Of a stretch of DNA of 64,000 nt, positions 45,961 through 55,375 are shown in pieces; within the stretch, counting starts at the first letter, position 1, and the number at the start of each line of letters is the position of its first letter. A program made the position numbers and the translations under genes. This stretch comes from a virus (Duplodnaviria; Heunggongvirae; Uroviricota; Caudoviricetes). The DNA is taken from the IMG/VR virus record IMGVR_UViG_3300049215_000772, positions 64,001 through 128,000 of that record, one strand, 5' to 3'. The notes under the pieces are model-generated. The model did not search any database. It saw only the letters and a program-made list of their open reading frames with translations, and was not told the origin of the DNA.

Positions 45961-46681
45961 TCGTGTTGCCATCACCGGCGCTGACGAAAGCATCGACCCG
46001 AAACAGTTGTTGGATTTGACCGCCGACTTCCCCTTCGTGGAGTGGGCTATCTTGCTTTCCAGGTCGTCGGAAGGCAAGCGTCCTCGTTACCCTGGTCGGA
46101 AGTGGATGGACAAGTTGCTTCGGGTTGCTGACGAGAACAAAAACCTTCGCTGGGCCGGGCATCTGTGTGGAAGCTGGGTTCGGGAGTGGGTGTATCACGG
46201 TGAGATGACGTTCGAGGCTGAACGCCCGGACTACTTGCCAATCTTCTCCCGGCTGCAAATCAACTTCCACGGAGCCGAATACCATCAGCCCCACAAGGAC
46301 TACTGGCGCTGGTTGCAGGAAAACAAGCTGATCCAGTACATCCTTCAGATGGATGGCGTGAATGACGCCATGCTTCCGTGGGCACTGGAGAAGAAGATCA
46401 ACGCTGTGCCGTTGTTCGACAGAAGCGGCGGCGACGGCATCACGCCGGAAAGCTGGCCGATGCCCTGGCCGAATCTCTACAACGGCTACGCCGGGGGCAT
46501 CGGCCCGGACAATATCCGGGATGAGATCAATCGCATCAGCGGGGCGGTCGGCGGCAATGTCCGCATTTGGATCGACATGGAGAGCAAGGTCCGGGACGAC
46601 CAGGACAAGTTCGATCTCACAAAGGTCCGGGCTTGTCTGGAAGCGGCAAAACAGTTTGGCGCAGCTTTACAAGCCGGCTGA
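45950..46681 (+). CDS. phosphoribosylanthranilate isomerase (TrpF)-like TIM barrel
   Basis: VAITG, QINF, LFDRSGGDG, YAGGIGPDNI, WIDMESKV...FDL.KV. Confidence 0.65.
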   Translation: MILDRVAITGADESIDPKQLLDLTADFPFVEWAILLSRSSEGKRPRYPGRKWMDKLLRVADENKNLRWAGHLCGSWVREWVYHGEMTFEAERPDYLPIFSRLQINFHGAEYHQPHKDYWRWLQENKLIQYILQMDGVNDAMLPWALEKKINAVPLFDRSGGDGITPESWPMPWPNLYNGYAGGIGPDNIRDEINRISGAVGGNVRIWIDMESKVRDDQDKFDLTKVRACLEAAKQFGAALQAG

Positions 46682-46694
46682 CCCGTGGTAGTAT
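46666..46694 (+). promoter_or_regulatory. sigma70-type early promoter
   Basis: TTTACA-17 nt-TAGTAT. Confidence 0.8.
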
Positions 46695-46699
46695 ACCCG

Positions 46700-46895
46700 T
46701 GCTGAAAGATGTCGCCCAACAGATGTTTCTTCATTGAGATGGGGGCGAAGCCTTAGCGCAGCGATAGGTGAGTCCGGCCACCGGCATTGCCGAGTTCGGT
46801 CCACCGCCCGGCCAGCCCCGCACAAGAGCTATTCAACCACCCTTGGAGCCGCACATGGGAGCGAGAGGCCCGCCGCAGTGACCAAATGAATTCCG
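46700..46895 (+). ncRNA. candidate roughly 200-nt ncRNA containing the CCGG-CCA-CCGG motif
   Basis: own promoter, no substantial ORF, motif at 46774-46784 followed by CCGAGTTCGG. Confidence 0.45.
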
Positions 46896-46897
46896 TG

Positions 46898-46938
46898 AGG
46901 AGGGGCTGGTTTACAACCAGCCCCTCCTGTGGTATTAT
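46898..46938 (+). promoter_or_regulatory. early promoter (46910-46938) whose -35 box sits in a 13-bp inverted repeat
   Basis: AGGAGGGGCTGGT-TTACA-ACCAGCCCCTCCT; TTTACA-17 nt-TATTAT. Confidence 0.75.
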
Positions 46939-46978
46939 CCCTGCCAGTTATTCACACACTTGAAACGGAGATTTCCTC

Positions 46979-49099
46979 ATGAGCGTTGTCGTCGATCCCG
47001 AAGTTGCCGAACTGGAACTGGTCATCGAAGCCCTCGATACCGCCTTCGAGGAAGGGTCCGACTGCATCCATCCCATCACCAACAAGATCGTTTCCAACAG
47101 CGAGTACGACCAGCTTCGCAAGCGCCTGCAAGAACTGCACCCGGAATCCGAGAAGCTGAAAGCTGTCACGGCGTCGAAACTCAGCAGCACCGCCAAGAAG
47201 GTCGCTCACAACCCTCCCTTCACTTCCATCAGCAAGGCCATCGGCGAACTGGCCGACCGGGACGCCACCCTGAAGAAGTTTCAGGCCGAAGTGACGGCGG
47301 AACTGAAGTATTCCGACCCGCCCGAAAAATGGCTGGTGCAAGCCTACAAGCGTGATGGCGTGGCCGTGGCCCTCTACTACGAACACGGCAAGCTGGTCCG
47401 TGCCGGCCTCCGTCCCCGCAAGGTGCAGGATGGTGAGGACGTGACCGAAAACGTCCAGTACGTTGAAGGAATCCCCGCCGAGTTGTGGGAACACGACCGG
47501 GCCGGCAACCGCATCAAGTTCCTGGATGTGACCTGTTGCATCCGGGGCGAACTGGAATGCAAGAAGTCCGTGTTCCGCAAGATCAAGGACAACTGGCAAG
47601 ACCCCGAATACGATCTCGACCGTGAGCCGGCCAATCCCCGCAACTACACGGCGGGCAGCATTCGACAGTTCAACAACCCGAAGATCACCAAGGTCCGCAA
47701 GCTGTCTTTCACCGGCTACAGCATCCTGGGCTGGCACGCCGCCGACAACAGCGCCCCGCCGTTCAAGACCGAGGTTGAGCGGGCCAAGTACGCCAACGCC
47801 GTGCTTCGGGTTCCCTTCGTTCAGGTCCGACCCTTCCGCTACCAGGACTTGAAGGTTCTGGAAGACCTTCAGGGCAACCTCGATTATGAAGTGGACGGCG
47901 TTGTTCTTTCGGTCAACAACCTGGAAGACGCCGAGCAGATGGGCAACATCGGCGGCACGGCCTACGGCAACCCGAAGGCGAAGCTGGCCTGGAAGTTTTC
48001 CGAGCAGTCGGCCATCACCAAGGTCAAGGACGTTGAATGGCAGGTGGGTCGCACCGGCGCTCTGTGCCCGGTCATGAGGGTCGAACCCGTCAACTTGGAT
48101 GGCACGACCGTCACCTATGTCACCGGCCACAGCCTGGGGTTCATGAAGGGAACCAGCAAAAGCAGCCTGGGTGAGATCAGCGAGGATGCCGAGATTCGCA
48201 TCATCAAATCGGGCAAGATCATCCCGAAGGTGATCGAGATCGTCAAGAAGGGCTGGGGCAGCCTCCGCATCCCCAACCACTGTCCGAGTTGCTACAAGAA
48301 CCTGGACATCGTGAAGGGAACGGATGGCACGGAACTGGTCTGCAACAACGAGTTCTGTGGCGTTCGGGCCGTGGCACACTTCACCCACTACCTTTCCACT
48401 TTCGGGGTGAAGGGCGTGGCCGAATCCGCCCTGACGAAGATGTACGAGGCAGGGGCCGTCAAGGATGTTTCCGATCTCTACAATCTCACTGTGCCCCGGC
48501 TGGAGAACATCCAGGGTTTCAGCAAGCGGCAGGTATTGCTGGCCGTGGCTCGCATCTGGATGTGTTCGGACCCGACCGGCATGGACGACGATGCCCTGGA
48601 GAAGTGGATCAAGAAAGCCCAGGACAGCAAGGTGAAGGTTCCGGCCTGGAAGCTGTTCGCTTCCCTGGGCATCGAAGGGGCCGGAAAAACGGCGGGGCAG
48701 GCGCTCATCGCCCACTTCGGAAGTTTCAAAGCCGTCAGGAAGGCAAGCCTCGCCGAACTGGAAGCCGTTCCCGACATTGGCGAAACGACGGCGAAAGCCA
48801 TCCACGGCTTCTTCCAGAAGTGGAAGGATTTGATCGACTCCCTGTTGGAGAACGTCGAGCCGGAAGACCCGAAGGTGGGCAAGTTCACCGGCAAGTCCTT
48901 CTGTTTCACGGGCGGTTTCCCCGGTGGCAAGCAGAAGTGGGAGCAGGCCGTCATGGATCACGGGGCCAAGGTGTCCAGTTCCGTCAGCAAAACGACTTCC
49001 TACGTCGTTGTCGGATCGGACGCTGGTTCCAAAGAAGAAAAGGCGAAGGAGTTGGGCATCACCCGGCTCTCGCTCGCTGATCTGGAGAAAATGCTGTGA
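46979..49099 (+). CDS. ligA: NAD-dependent DNA ligase
   Basis: YDQL, KRDG adenylation motif, NPRN..AG, EVDGVV, AWKF, QVGRTG, C4 zinc finger, HhH, BRCT. Confidence 0.97.
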   Translation: MSVVVDPEVAELELVIEALDTAFEEGSDCIHPITNKIVSNSEYDQLRKRLQELHPESEKLKAVTASKLSSTAKKVAHNPPFTSISKAIGELADRDATLKKFQAEVTAELKYSDPPEKWLVQAYKRDGVAVALYYEHGKLVRAGLRPRKVQDGEDVTENVQYVEGIPAELWEHDRAGNRIKFLDVTCCIRGELECKKSVFRKIKDNWQDPEYDLDREPANPRNYTAGSIRQFNNPKITKVRKLSFTGYSILGWHAADNSAPPFKTEVERAKYANAVLRVPFVQVRPFRYQDLKVLEDLQGNLDYEVDGVVLSVNNLEDAEQMGNIGGTAYGNPKAKLAWKFSEQSAITKVKDVEWQVGRTGALCPVMRVEPVNLDGTTVTYVTGHSLGFMKGTSKSSLGEISEDAEIRIIKSGKIIPKVIEIVKKGWGSLRIPNHCPSCYKNLDIVKGTDGTELVCNNEFCGVRAVAHFTHYLSTFGVKGVAESALTKMYEAGAVKDVSDLYNLTVPRLENIQGFSKRQVLLAVARIWMCSDPTGMDDDALEKWIKKAQDSKVKVPAWKLFASLGIEGAGKTAGQALIAHFGSFKAVRKASLAELEAVPDIGETTAKAIHGFFQKWKDLIDSLLENVEPEDPKVGKFTGKSFCFTGGFPGGKQKWEQAVMDHGAKVSSSVSKTTSYVVVGSDAGSKEEKAKELGITRLSLADLEKML

Positions 49100-49356
49100 G
49101 AGTTTATTTCCAACCTGACGGCTCCGAGGAATGGCTGAAAGGCACTATCGTCAGCATGTCCGGGGGCCGTCAGGTCAGCGTTGTCAGTCGAGATGATGCT
49201 GGCAGGATCGTACATCAGATCACTATGTCCAACACGGAAACCTTGTTCTACGGATCAGGGTTTTGCGTGACTGGATACGCCAGGGATGCCGGCGAGAATT
49301 TGTTCAAACTCGTGTCTATCAACTTCCGGTGGACGAAGCCAAGGAAGGGTGACTGA
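49096..49356 (+). CDS. hypothetical protein
   Basis: GTGA overlap. Confidence 0.6.
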   Translation: MRVYFQPDGSEEWLKGTIVSMSGGRQVSVVSRDDAGRIVHQITMSNTETLFYGSGFCVTGYARDAGENLFKLVSINFRWTKPRKGD

Positions 49357-49790
49357 TGCTCGCATTTCGTTGCCAGTGTGGGTGTCTTCAAGGTTGGTTC
49401 GATCATCCCGATGTGATGAAAATCGAGAAGTTCGACCAGCAGTGGAAGCCCATGTTCACTGGTGGAGTCACCACTTGGAATTGTCCGCAGTGTGGGCAAG
49501 AGCATCAACGGGATCATATTCCTAGCCTTCGCCCGGCAACCAAGGAAGAAATCGACGAGGTTGCCTACTACTTGTGGGACGAAGCTGGCAGGCCAACCAG
49601 TGATGGCAAAGAATTTTGGTATCTGGCTGAAACAAAGTTGAAGAAAGGCGTGCCGAGCAAGCCACTCTACAAGGAGGAGTGGGTTGGTCCTTGTTCTTGT
49701 GGGAAGCCACTTGGTAATTCGCCATTCTCCTACTGTCTCGATTGTGCTAAGAAGAAGGACAAGAAGGAAAAGAAGTCCAAGAAGGAGTAA
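49356..49790 (+). CDS. zinc-finger protein with central DUF2934-like motif
   Basis: IDEVAYYLWDEAGRP.SDG.EFWYLAE flanked by CxC/CxxC motifs. Confidence 0.7.
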   Translation: MLAFRCQCGCLQGWFDHPDVMKIEKFDQQWKPMFTGGVTTWNCPQCGQEHQRDHIPSLRPATKEEIDEVAYYLWDEAGRPTSDGKEFWYLAETKLKKGVPSKPLYKEEWVGPCSCGKPLGNSPFSYCLDCAKKKDKKEKKSKKE

Positions 49791-49827
49791 TCGCTGCGAT
49801 TTTTCCCACAGAAGGGTAAATACAGCG

Positions 49828-50640
49828 ATGGCACGATCAACAGGCGATATTGGTGTTTACAGTAGTCTTGACCCGGATGAAATCTACAAGCCCGGTTCGC
49901 AGACGTTTTTCTACGTTCCCGCTTCCGGGAATCTCTACGTTGAACCCTTCCCGACAAACCATCGTGACATGCTCGAAAACAATGATGAATTGTTTTTCGA
50001 GTTGTACCCTGATTTGAAGAAAAGATTCAAAACGCCTGGCCTGGACCCGGAACTTGTCAGGGCGCAAAGGGCTAACCTCTCCTCACGAGGCCAGGCTTTG
50101 GCGAGAACAAACGCCCTGCTTGGTCGCATTGGCGCTGCTGGGGACGCCATCTGCATCGTTTTCTGGACAGACCCAACTCCTGAAGTGTTTGGTAATTTCC
50201 TATCAAAACTTTTTGCCAAGTTTACCCAATTTCGAGCTATCCAGGATAAGGTCGTGGTCGTTAGTCCACGTCAGGGAGCGAAGGCGCTAACCGACATGAT
50301 CGGTGGTCCGCCTGCCGAGCGTGCCGTCGCCTTGAAGAAGCCCAGGAAGAAGAAAGCCGCCGCACCTGCTGCCGCCGCACTTCCTGCCCCAACAAGGACT
50401 TATAGCGACGAAGAGATCGAGTTATACCGCAGGATGCACCTGGCAACGGGCGATGAGAAGAAGCAAATCATGGCACGGCTCGGCGTTGGCGGCATGGGGA
50501 GTAATGTCGAACATCCCTGGAAGAAAGCCCTACGAGTTGCCGGTTTGCCTGGCGGCGGACCAGGCCAGAAGTGGTGGGCACCTACCAGTGAAGGGTTCAC
50601 CTTCCGAGACTGGATCGCATATCAAGACGCCATATCATGA
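49828..50640 (+). CDS. hypothetical protein (late box upstream)
   Basis: GTAAATA at 49816-22, 5 nt before ATG 49828. Confidence 0.7.
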   Translation: MARSTGDIGVYSSLDPDEIYKPGSQTFFYVPASGNLYVEPFPTNHRDMLENNDELFFELYPDLKKRFKTPGLDPELVRAQRANLSSRGQALARTNALLGRIGAAGDAICIVFWTDPTPEVFGNFLSKLFAKFTQFRAIQDKVVVVSPRQGAKALTDMIGGPPAERAVALKKPRKKKAAAPAAAALPAPTRTYSDEEIELYRRMHLATGDEKKQIMARLGVGGMGSNVEHPWKKALRVAGLPGGGPGQKWWAPTSEGFTFRDWIAYQDAIS

Positions 50641-50641
50641 C

Positions 50642-50670
50642 TTTACAACCAGACTAAATGCTGGTAATAT
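50642..50670 (+). promoter_or_regulatory. sigma70-type early promoter
   Basis: TTTACA-17 nt-TAATAT. Confidence 0.75.
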
Positions 50671-50676
50671 AGGTGC

Positions 50677-51267
50677 ATGAGTGAACCGTTCCTGCACCCG
50701 ATTTTGTGGCGGAAGGACCGACCCTGTTACCAGGCAGGCATTTTTGATGCCACCGGGACGGAGCCGGTCGATCCTGCCGAGTTCATCGAGTTGCACCAGC
50801 ACAGCACGCTTGGTCTTGGAAATATCACCTATTCCCTGGAGGAACATTTCGCACGCTTGGAGGCTTCCGAGAGGTACAGGAAGTCGCTTGGCATCCCGGA
50901 CATGAACTATCTTGCCTACAGCTTCAACGCCGGCTACAACGTCGAGCAAGTAATTGCTTTGATCGAGAAGTGTCGGGAGTTGGGCTACGAGGTTCGAGGA
51001 TGGTTCAACGAAGAATCGGCCATGATGGTGATTGCCGCTGCCACTTACGACTTGACGGAGGATTCAGGGTGGGAGTTGTACGAATGGGCGAAACTCAAAG
51101 GCAACTGTCCTAGCGACAGCTACGGGCACGCCAGTTGGTATGAATTCTGCTTGTTCGGCATCCCCATCTACGACACATGGGCGTTGCAAAACACATCCCC
51201 ATTCAGGAACGGAAAGTTGATCGCTGTGTCACCCGATGGGCAAAGGATCGCTTTCTTCGGACCCTAA
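50677..51267 (+). CDS. hypothetical protein
   Basis: 196-aa ORF after the promoter. Confidence 0.7.
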   Translation: MSEPFLHPILWRKDRPCYQAGIFDATGTEPVDPAEFIELHQHSTLGLGNITYSLEEHFARLEASERYRKSLGIPDMNYLAYSFNAGYNVEQVIALIEKCRELGYEVRGWFNEESAMMVIAAATYDLTEDSGWELYEWAKLKGNCPSDSYGHASWYEFCLFGIPIYDTWALQNTSPFRNGKLIAVSPDGQRIAFFGP

Positions 51268-51281
51268 CATGGCGGGGTCGA

Positions 51282-51839
51282 ATGTTGACGACGTTGACGT
51301 TGATTGAAGCTGAGATCGAAGTTGCCGAACATCTTGGTTTGGCGCACAAGGTCGCTCGGCAGTTCGCTGACAAAAGCATCCCGATCAGAGATTCGGAGGA
51401 ATACTCCGAAGCGTGCATGGCATTGGTGGAGGCGGCGAGAGATTACGATCCCAATGATGGAGAATTTTCTACTGTTGCTTGTCGCCAGATGCAACAGGCC
51501 ATCATTGATTCGTACCGTCGCCGTGAACGGCAGAAGCGGAAGGGGAAGCTTGATAAGGGCGCAAAACTGGATGATGTCCCATCCAGGGAGGAACATGAGC
51601 CTATTCCTTCTGATCTTCTGTATCAGTTTTTGGCGGATCATCCCAGCGAGTCCAAGCAAGATCGTTCCGACAAGTTGCTGCTGATCGAGGTTTTCCTGGG
51701 TGGCAACAAAGTTTCCGACATCGCTGAACGCTTATGCGTTTCTCGTCCCACGATCTACAACAGGATCGAGCGATGTCTTGCCAAAATCAGAGAGAGGCAT
51801 CCCGACTTGTTGGAACGATACCAAGAGGCGTTCCAATGA
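51282..51839 (+). CDS. sigma-70 family (ECF-like) sigma factor
   Basis: HLGLAHKVARQF, ALVEAARDYDP..GEFST.A, DIAERLCVSRPTIYNRI. Confidence 0.85.
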   Translation: MLTTLTLIEAEIEVAEHLGLAHKVARQFADKSIPIRDSEEYSEACMALVEAARDYDPNDGEFSTVACRQMQQAIIDSYRRRERQKRKGKLDKGAKLDDVPSREEHEPIPSDLLYQFLADHPSESKQDRSDKLLLIEVFLGGNKVSDIAERLCVSRPTIYNRIERCLAKIRERHPDLLERYQEAFQ

Positions 51840-52345
51840 CAATCAGCAGAACCCCGGTGAAGGACTCGCTCGTGGTCTTCACTGAAGGGGCCAAAGTCAA
51901 TTTCAAGCTGTTCGGTTTCGTCGCCCCGGTGTTCGGATGTAACATCAACGGCGAACCACGACTTGTTCCGGTCAAGATTGAAAACCAGGCAGACAAGGAA
52001 AAGTTCCGGCAGCAAATCCTGGCGATGATCGCCGATGGATCGCTGTCCGAATTTGTTTTCGTCTCTGAAGCCTGGATGGTGTCAACCAGCGACCCCCAGG
52101 AAGCCAAGGTCTGGCTGGCCGAGCATGGCAGTCTCGAAGGCTTTCCGGGCCGGCGAGAGGCTGTTCAGGTGTTTTATTGTTCTGCAAACGAGGAAATCTG
52201 CTATACAGCTTGGATAGAACGGGGTAGTATACCAGCAACTCTCAGCGAGTGGGAAGTCCAGACCCGTTCCGGCCATTTCACACTCCCTGACCTGGAAACC
52301 CGATTCCAAGGGCTGTTCGCACAAGGCAAGGCAGGAAATAACTGA
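51836..52345 (+). CDS. hypothetical protein
   Basis: ATGA overlap; FVFVSEAW motif. Confidence 0.7.
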   Translation: MTISRTPVKDSLVVFTEGAKVNFKLFGFVAPVFGCNINGEPRLVPVKIENQADKEKFRQQILAMIADGSLSEFVFVSEAWMVSTSDPQEAKVWLAEHGSLEGFPGRREAVQVFYCSANEEICYTAWIERGSIPATLSEWEVQTRSGHFTLPDLETRFQGLFAQGKAGNN

Positions 52346-53385
52346 TGGCAGCTACCCAAAAGGAAATCGTTGATGCTGTGGCGTCGGCGCTCCAGCACAA
52401 AAACCTCTCACAGCAAGCGGTGGCCGTTATCCACCGCTCGACGGAGAAGGTGTTGAAACGCATCCAACAGGATGTCGGGGCGCAGTTCAAGGAAGATGGC
52501 GATGATGTCGTTGAAGACTTCTGCAAGAACCTGGCGACCAAGCTAGGGCAGATGAGCCAGAACTGGTACGACGGCATTCGCAACGAACTCATCGTGTACC
52601 CTGAAGGAACCCGGTTCATCTACCGTGACGGCACTACTGTTGTCATCGTTGTGGAGCAGCAGCCCCAGGTCCGCACCATCAACGTCAACGGCACGATGCA
52701 CCACCTGGCGTTCCCCTACGTCGTGTTCATCATGGGGTTCAACAATGGAGCCTGGAACGGGGCGCTGGACGTGGCCATTCGCACCAGGCCGCTGACCAGC
52801 CTCGACGACCCGCTTTGTTCGATTGGTCTTCCCAACATCAGCGGCTACCGGGTGTGCATGGGCGATTTCCGCAACAACCCGAAGACCAACATGACGGAAC
52901 AAACGCAGGCCGTCATCGGTTCCTTCTGGCAAAGCCAGTTCGGGGGCGACATTCGCAATCTCCCTAGTTGGGAGCGGCAGACGAAGCGTGACCCTTTGTA
53001 CGTCCTGCACGAGAACTACACCCAGGTCGGCCCGCTTCGTCAGGTCGTGTCGGCGGTAAGCCGCAATGCCGGCGAACGCCCCGATATTGTCAATACGCTC
53101 AAACAGGAGATCATCACGGCGGTCGGCACTATCGGAGCCGAGATTCAGAAGACTATGCTGACCCTCGATATGGTCAAGCAGAACAAGGAAAAGGTCCATA
53201 TCGAGACGCTGGATGAAATTCTGAAGGAAATCATCGTCCAGGCGTATGCCGAACTGTGGGAATATCTCCAGGCCCAACTCCAGCGGGAGCGTGCCAAGAT
53301 GCAGCAGGAGATGGTTTCCCTCCTCAAGCGGAAGACCGGCTACTCGGACGAGTACGAGAAGACTACCAAATGGGGCAACGGATGA
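52345..53385 (+). CDS. prokaryotic E2 (family D-like) protein, copy 1
   Basis: LAFPYVVF, L...PL.SLDDPL...LPNI....VCMG (putative catalytic Cys), FWQSQF. Confidence 0.75.
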   Translation: MAATQKEIVDAVASALQHKNLSQQAVAVIHRSTEKVLKRIQQDVGAQFKEDGDDVVEDFCKNLATKLGQMSQNWYDGIRNELIVYPEGTRFIYRDGTTVVIVVEQQPQVRTINVNGTMHHLAFPYVVFIMGFNNGAWNGALDVAIRTRPLTSLDDPLCSIGLPNISGYRVCMGDFRNNPKTNMTEQTQAVIGSFWQSQFGGDIRNLPSWERQTKRDPLYVLHENYTQVGPLRQVVSAVSRNAGERPDIVNTLKQEIITAVGTIGAEIQKTMLTLDMVKQNKEKVHIETLDEILKEIIVQAYAELWEYLQAQLQRERAKMQQEMVSLLKRKTGYSDEYEKTTKWGNG

Positions 53386-54371
53386 TGGTGACTTCCAATG
53401 CTGTTCGTCAAAGCCTGGAACGCATCCGGGCCGAGGCTATCCGAAAAGCCCGCCTTGGTATCGCTGAGAAAAAGTCCAAGGTACGGGTCGATCTTGTTGA
53501 GGAAGCTGTACAAAAACTGCAACAGGGTGTTCGTGGCCCTGTTGCAGTTGAAGTTTCCAACAAGGTCTGTCGGAAAGTCGTGGATCGCTTTCTGACAATC
53601 TTCCAAAATGGCCTCGACGAGTTTCGGGAGGCGCTGGCAGAACGTACCACCTTTCCTAGTGCCGCCAGGACCAGCAACAACGAGATCATGGTTTACCCGG
53701 AAGGTTGCCGGTTCATGTACACGGACCAGCGCAGCCAGGGCGTAATGGTTATCGAGCAGCAGCCGCAGGTTCGCACGGTTTTGCTTTCGGACAGGACGAA
53801 GAAGCATATTCCACTGCCGTATGTTATCTTCATTGTCCAATACACTGTCAGACATGGGAATTACAACTACGCCGGCCTCCGGGTTGGGTTTCGTAATAGC
53901 CCAATTAAAAGTCTGGAAGACCGCCTATATCTTCCTTCATTGCCCAACTTCACCGAGCATCAGGTGTGCATGGGATCATATGAGGGGGTGACTGGTGGGG
54001 ATACGCCGAGCGACGTTGCCGACGACATTATCGGCACGTTCTGGCAAAGCGTATTCGGCAGCGGGTTCCACGGTTTCAAGTATGGGAACTCGAATATCTC
54101 TTCTTGGACTTCCTGGGAAGCTATTGCTGGGAACAACCCGCTCAATATCCTGAAGGCAAAATGGCGGCAAGGGAAGCTGTTGTCGGACTTGATCTCGCAA
54201 TACAGTGAGGCCAATTCCGGCGACGGGCGGCAGGTGAACGATTTTGTTCAGAAAACGTGGAACCGGCTCGCCAACGAACTGGATGCTGAAGAAGCGCAAA
54301 TACTCATCCAGGGAGCCGCCCAGGAGATTTTGGCCCAACTTCTCAATGATCTGGCTTTACAACCTCAATGA
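53382..54371 (+). CDS. prokaryotic E2 (family D-like) protein, copy 2
   Basis: IPLPYVIF, PIKSLEDRLY...LPNF....VCMG, FWQSVF. Confidence 0.75.
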   Translation: MMVTSNAVRQSLERIRAEAIRKARLGIAEKKSKVRVDLVEEAVQKLQQGVRGPVAVEVSNKVCRKVVDRFLTIFQNGLDEFREALAERTTFPSAARTSNNEIMVYPEGCRFMYTDQRSQGVMVIEQQPQVRTVLLSDRTKKHIPLPYVIFIVQYTVRHGNYNYAGLRVGFRNSPIKSLEDRLYLPSLPNFTEHQVCMGSYEGVTGGDTPSDVADDIIGTFWQSVFGSGFHGFKYGNSNISSWTSWEAIAGNNPLNILKAKWRQGKLLSDLISQYSEANSGDGRQVNDFVQKTWNRLANELDAEEAQILIQGAAQEILAQLLNDLALQPQ

Positions 54372-54384
54372 TCGGTAGTAGAAT
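54356..54384 (+). promoter_or_regulatory. sigma70-type early promoter
   Basis: TTTACA-17 nt-TAGAAT. Confidence 0.8.
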
Positions 54385-54428
54385 CCACACCATGACAAGC
54401 TGATATGGCTTCAGCAAGAAGGGAGACA

Positions 54429-55313
54429 ATGATGGCTGACGAGAAACCCCTGGCACTGTTCCCGGTCTACCTCTACGAAGAGGGAGTCCAGTTGCCGACG
54501 AAGGGGCGATATTACCTCATCACCAAGAACGGCATCTACATGCACAAGGAAACCAAGGTGGGTTCCGGTTTGGTGAAGGTGGACGGCATTCCGTGGCTCC
54601 AGGGCGTCAGCGCCAATATGAGGCTCGGCCTGCCCAAGATCACTGGCGACATCATCGCCACGGCCCTGAACTTCTTTCGTCGGGTGTTTCAGGTCCATAA
54701 GAGCGAGGCTTACGTCACGCTCCTGTACAGCAGCAAACTCAACAAGTACCGGCTGTGGTGCCCCAAGCAACGAGTCACTGCCGGCTCCGTCAACTACGAC
54801 CGAACCGACCAGCCGCAGTTCTCCGAGCGACTGACCGACGACTGGCAGATGGTCGGAACCATCCATTCCCACTGTGACTTCTCGGCGTTCCACAGCGGGA
54901 CCGACACGTTCGACGAGTCCACGTTCGACGGCATCCACATCACCCTGGGGCACGTCAACCGGGACAACTTCAGCATGGTCGCTTCCATCGCTTTCAACAA
55001 CCAGCGGGAGCAGATGGAACCCGAAAACTGCACCCTGGGCGTGGCTCGTGTCGGCAACAAGCAGGTGTCCGGCAGCAAGTGGATGACGTTCGGGGACGCC
55101 AACTACTTCACCCTGGAACTCTCCGAAGAAGACGCCCAGGCCATGCCCGCCGTGATGGAAATGATCGAGCAGGAATGGATGCCGAAGGTCGAACACGGCT
55201 GGAAAGGGGGTGGGTCTGACGACAGTTTTTTTCAGGAGGGAAGCGGGGGCGGAAGGGGAAGCGGAGGTAGCTGGTGGAACAAGCTGGGGTTCGGCGGCGG
55301 ATTCCTTGGCTAA
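54429..55313 (+). CDS. JAB/MPN+ (JAMM) metallo-isopeptidase, PRTRC protein A-like
   Basis: SEAYV, VGTIHSH.DFSAFHSGTD..DE. Confidence 0.9.
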   Translation: MMADEKPLALFPVYLYEEGVQLPTKGRYYLITKNGIYMHKETKVGSGLVKVDGIPWLQGVSANMRLGLPKITGDIIATALNFFRRVFQVHKSEAYVTLLYSSKLNKYRLWCPKQRVTAGSVNYDRTDQPQFSERLTDDWQMVGTIHSHCDFSAFHSGTDTFDESTFDGIHITLGHVNRDNFSMVASIAFNNQREQMEPENCTLGVARVGNKQVSGSKWMTFGDANYFTLELSEEDAQAMPAVMEMIEQEWMPKVEHGWKGGGSDDSFFQEGSGGGRGSGGSWWNKLGFGGGFLG

Positions 55314-55375
55314 CGAAGATGAACTGACCGAGGAAGAAATCGACCGGCTACTCGACGAAAGGGAGTGGGATTAAC

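Noticed and set aside
46709-46756. 15-codon ORF MSPNRCFFIEMGAKP as a leader peptide
   Set aside because: No RBS and no run of regulatory codons; the downstream gene has its own promoter
46952-48961. 669-aa minus-strand ORF (likewise 42102-43439, 6918-8030, 44908-46077, 61800-62639)
   Set aside because: Antisense shadows of clear plus-strand genes with strong third-position bias; the last one starts antisense to tRNA-Met
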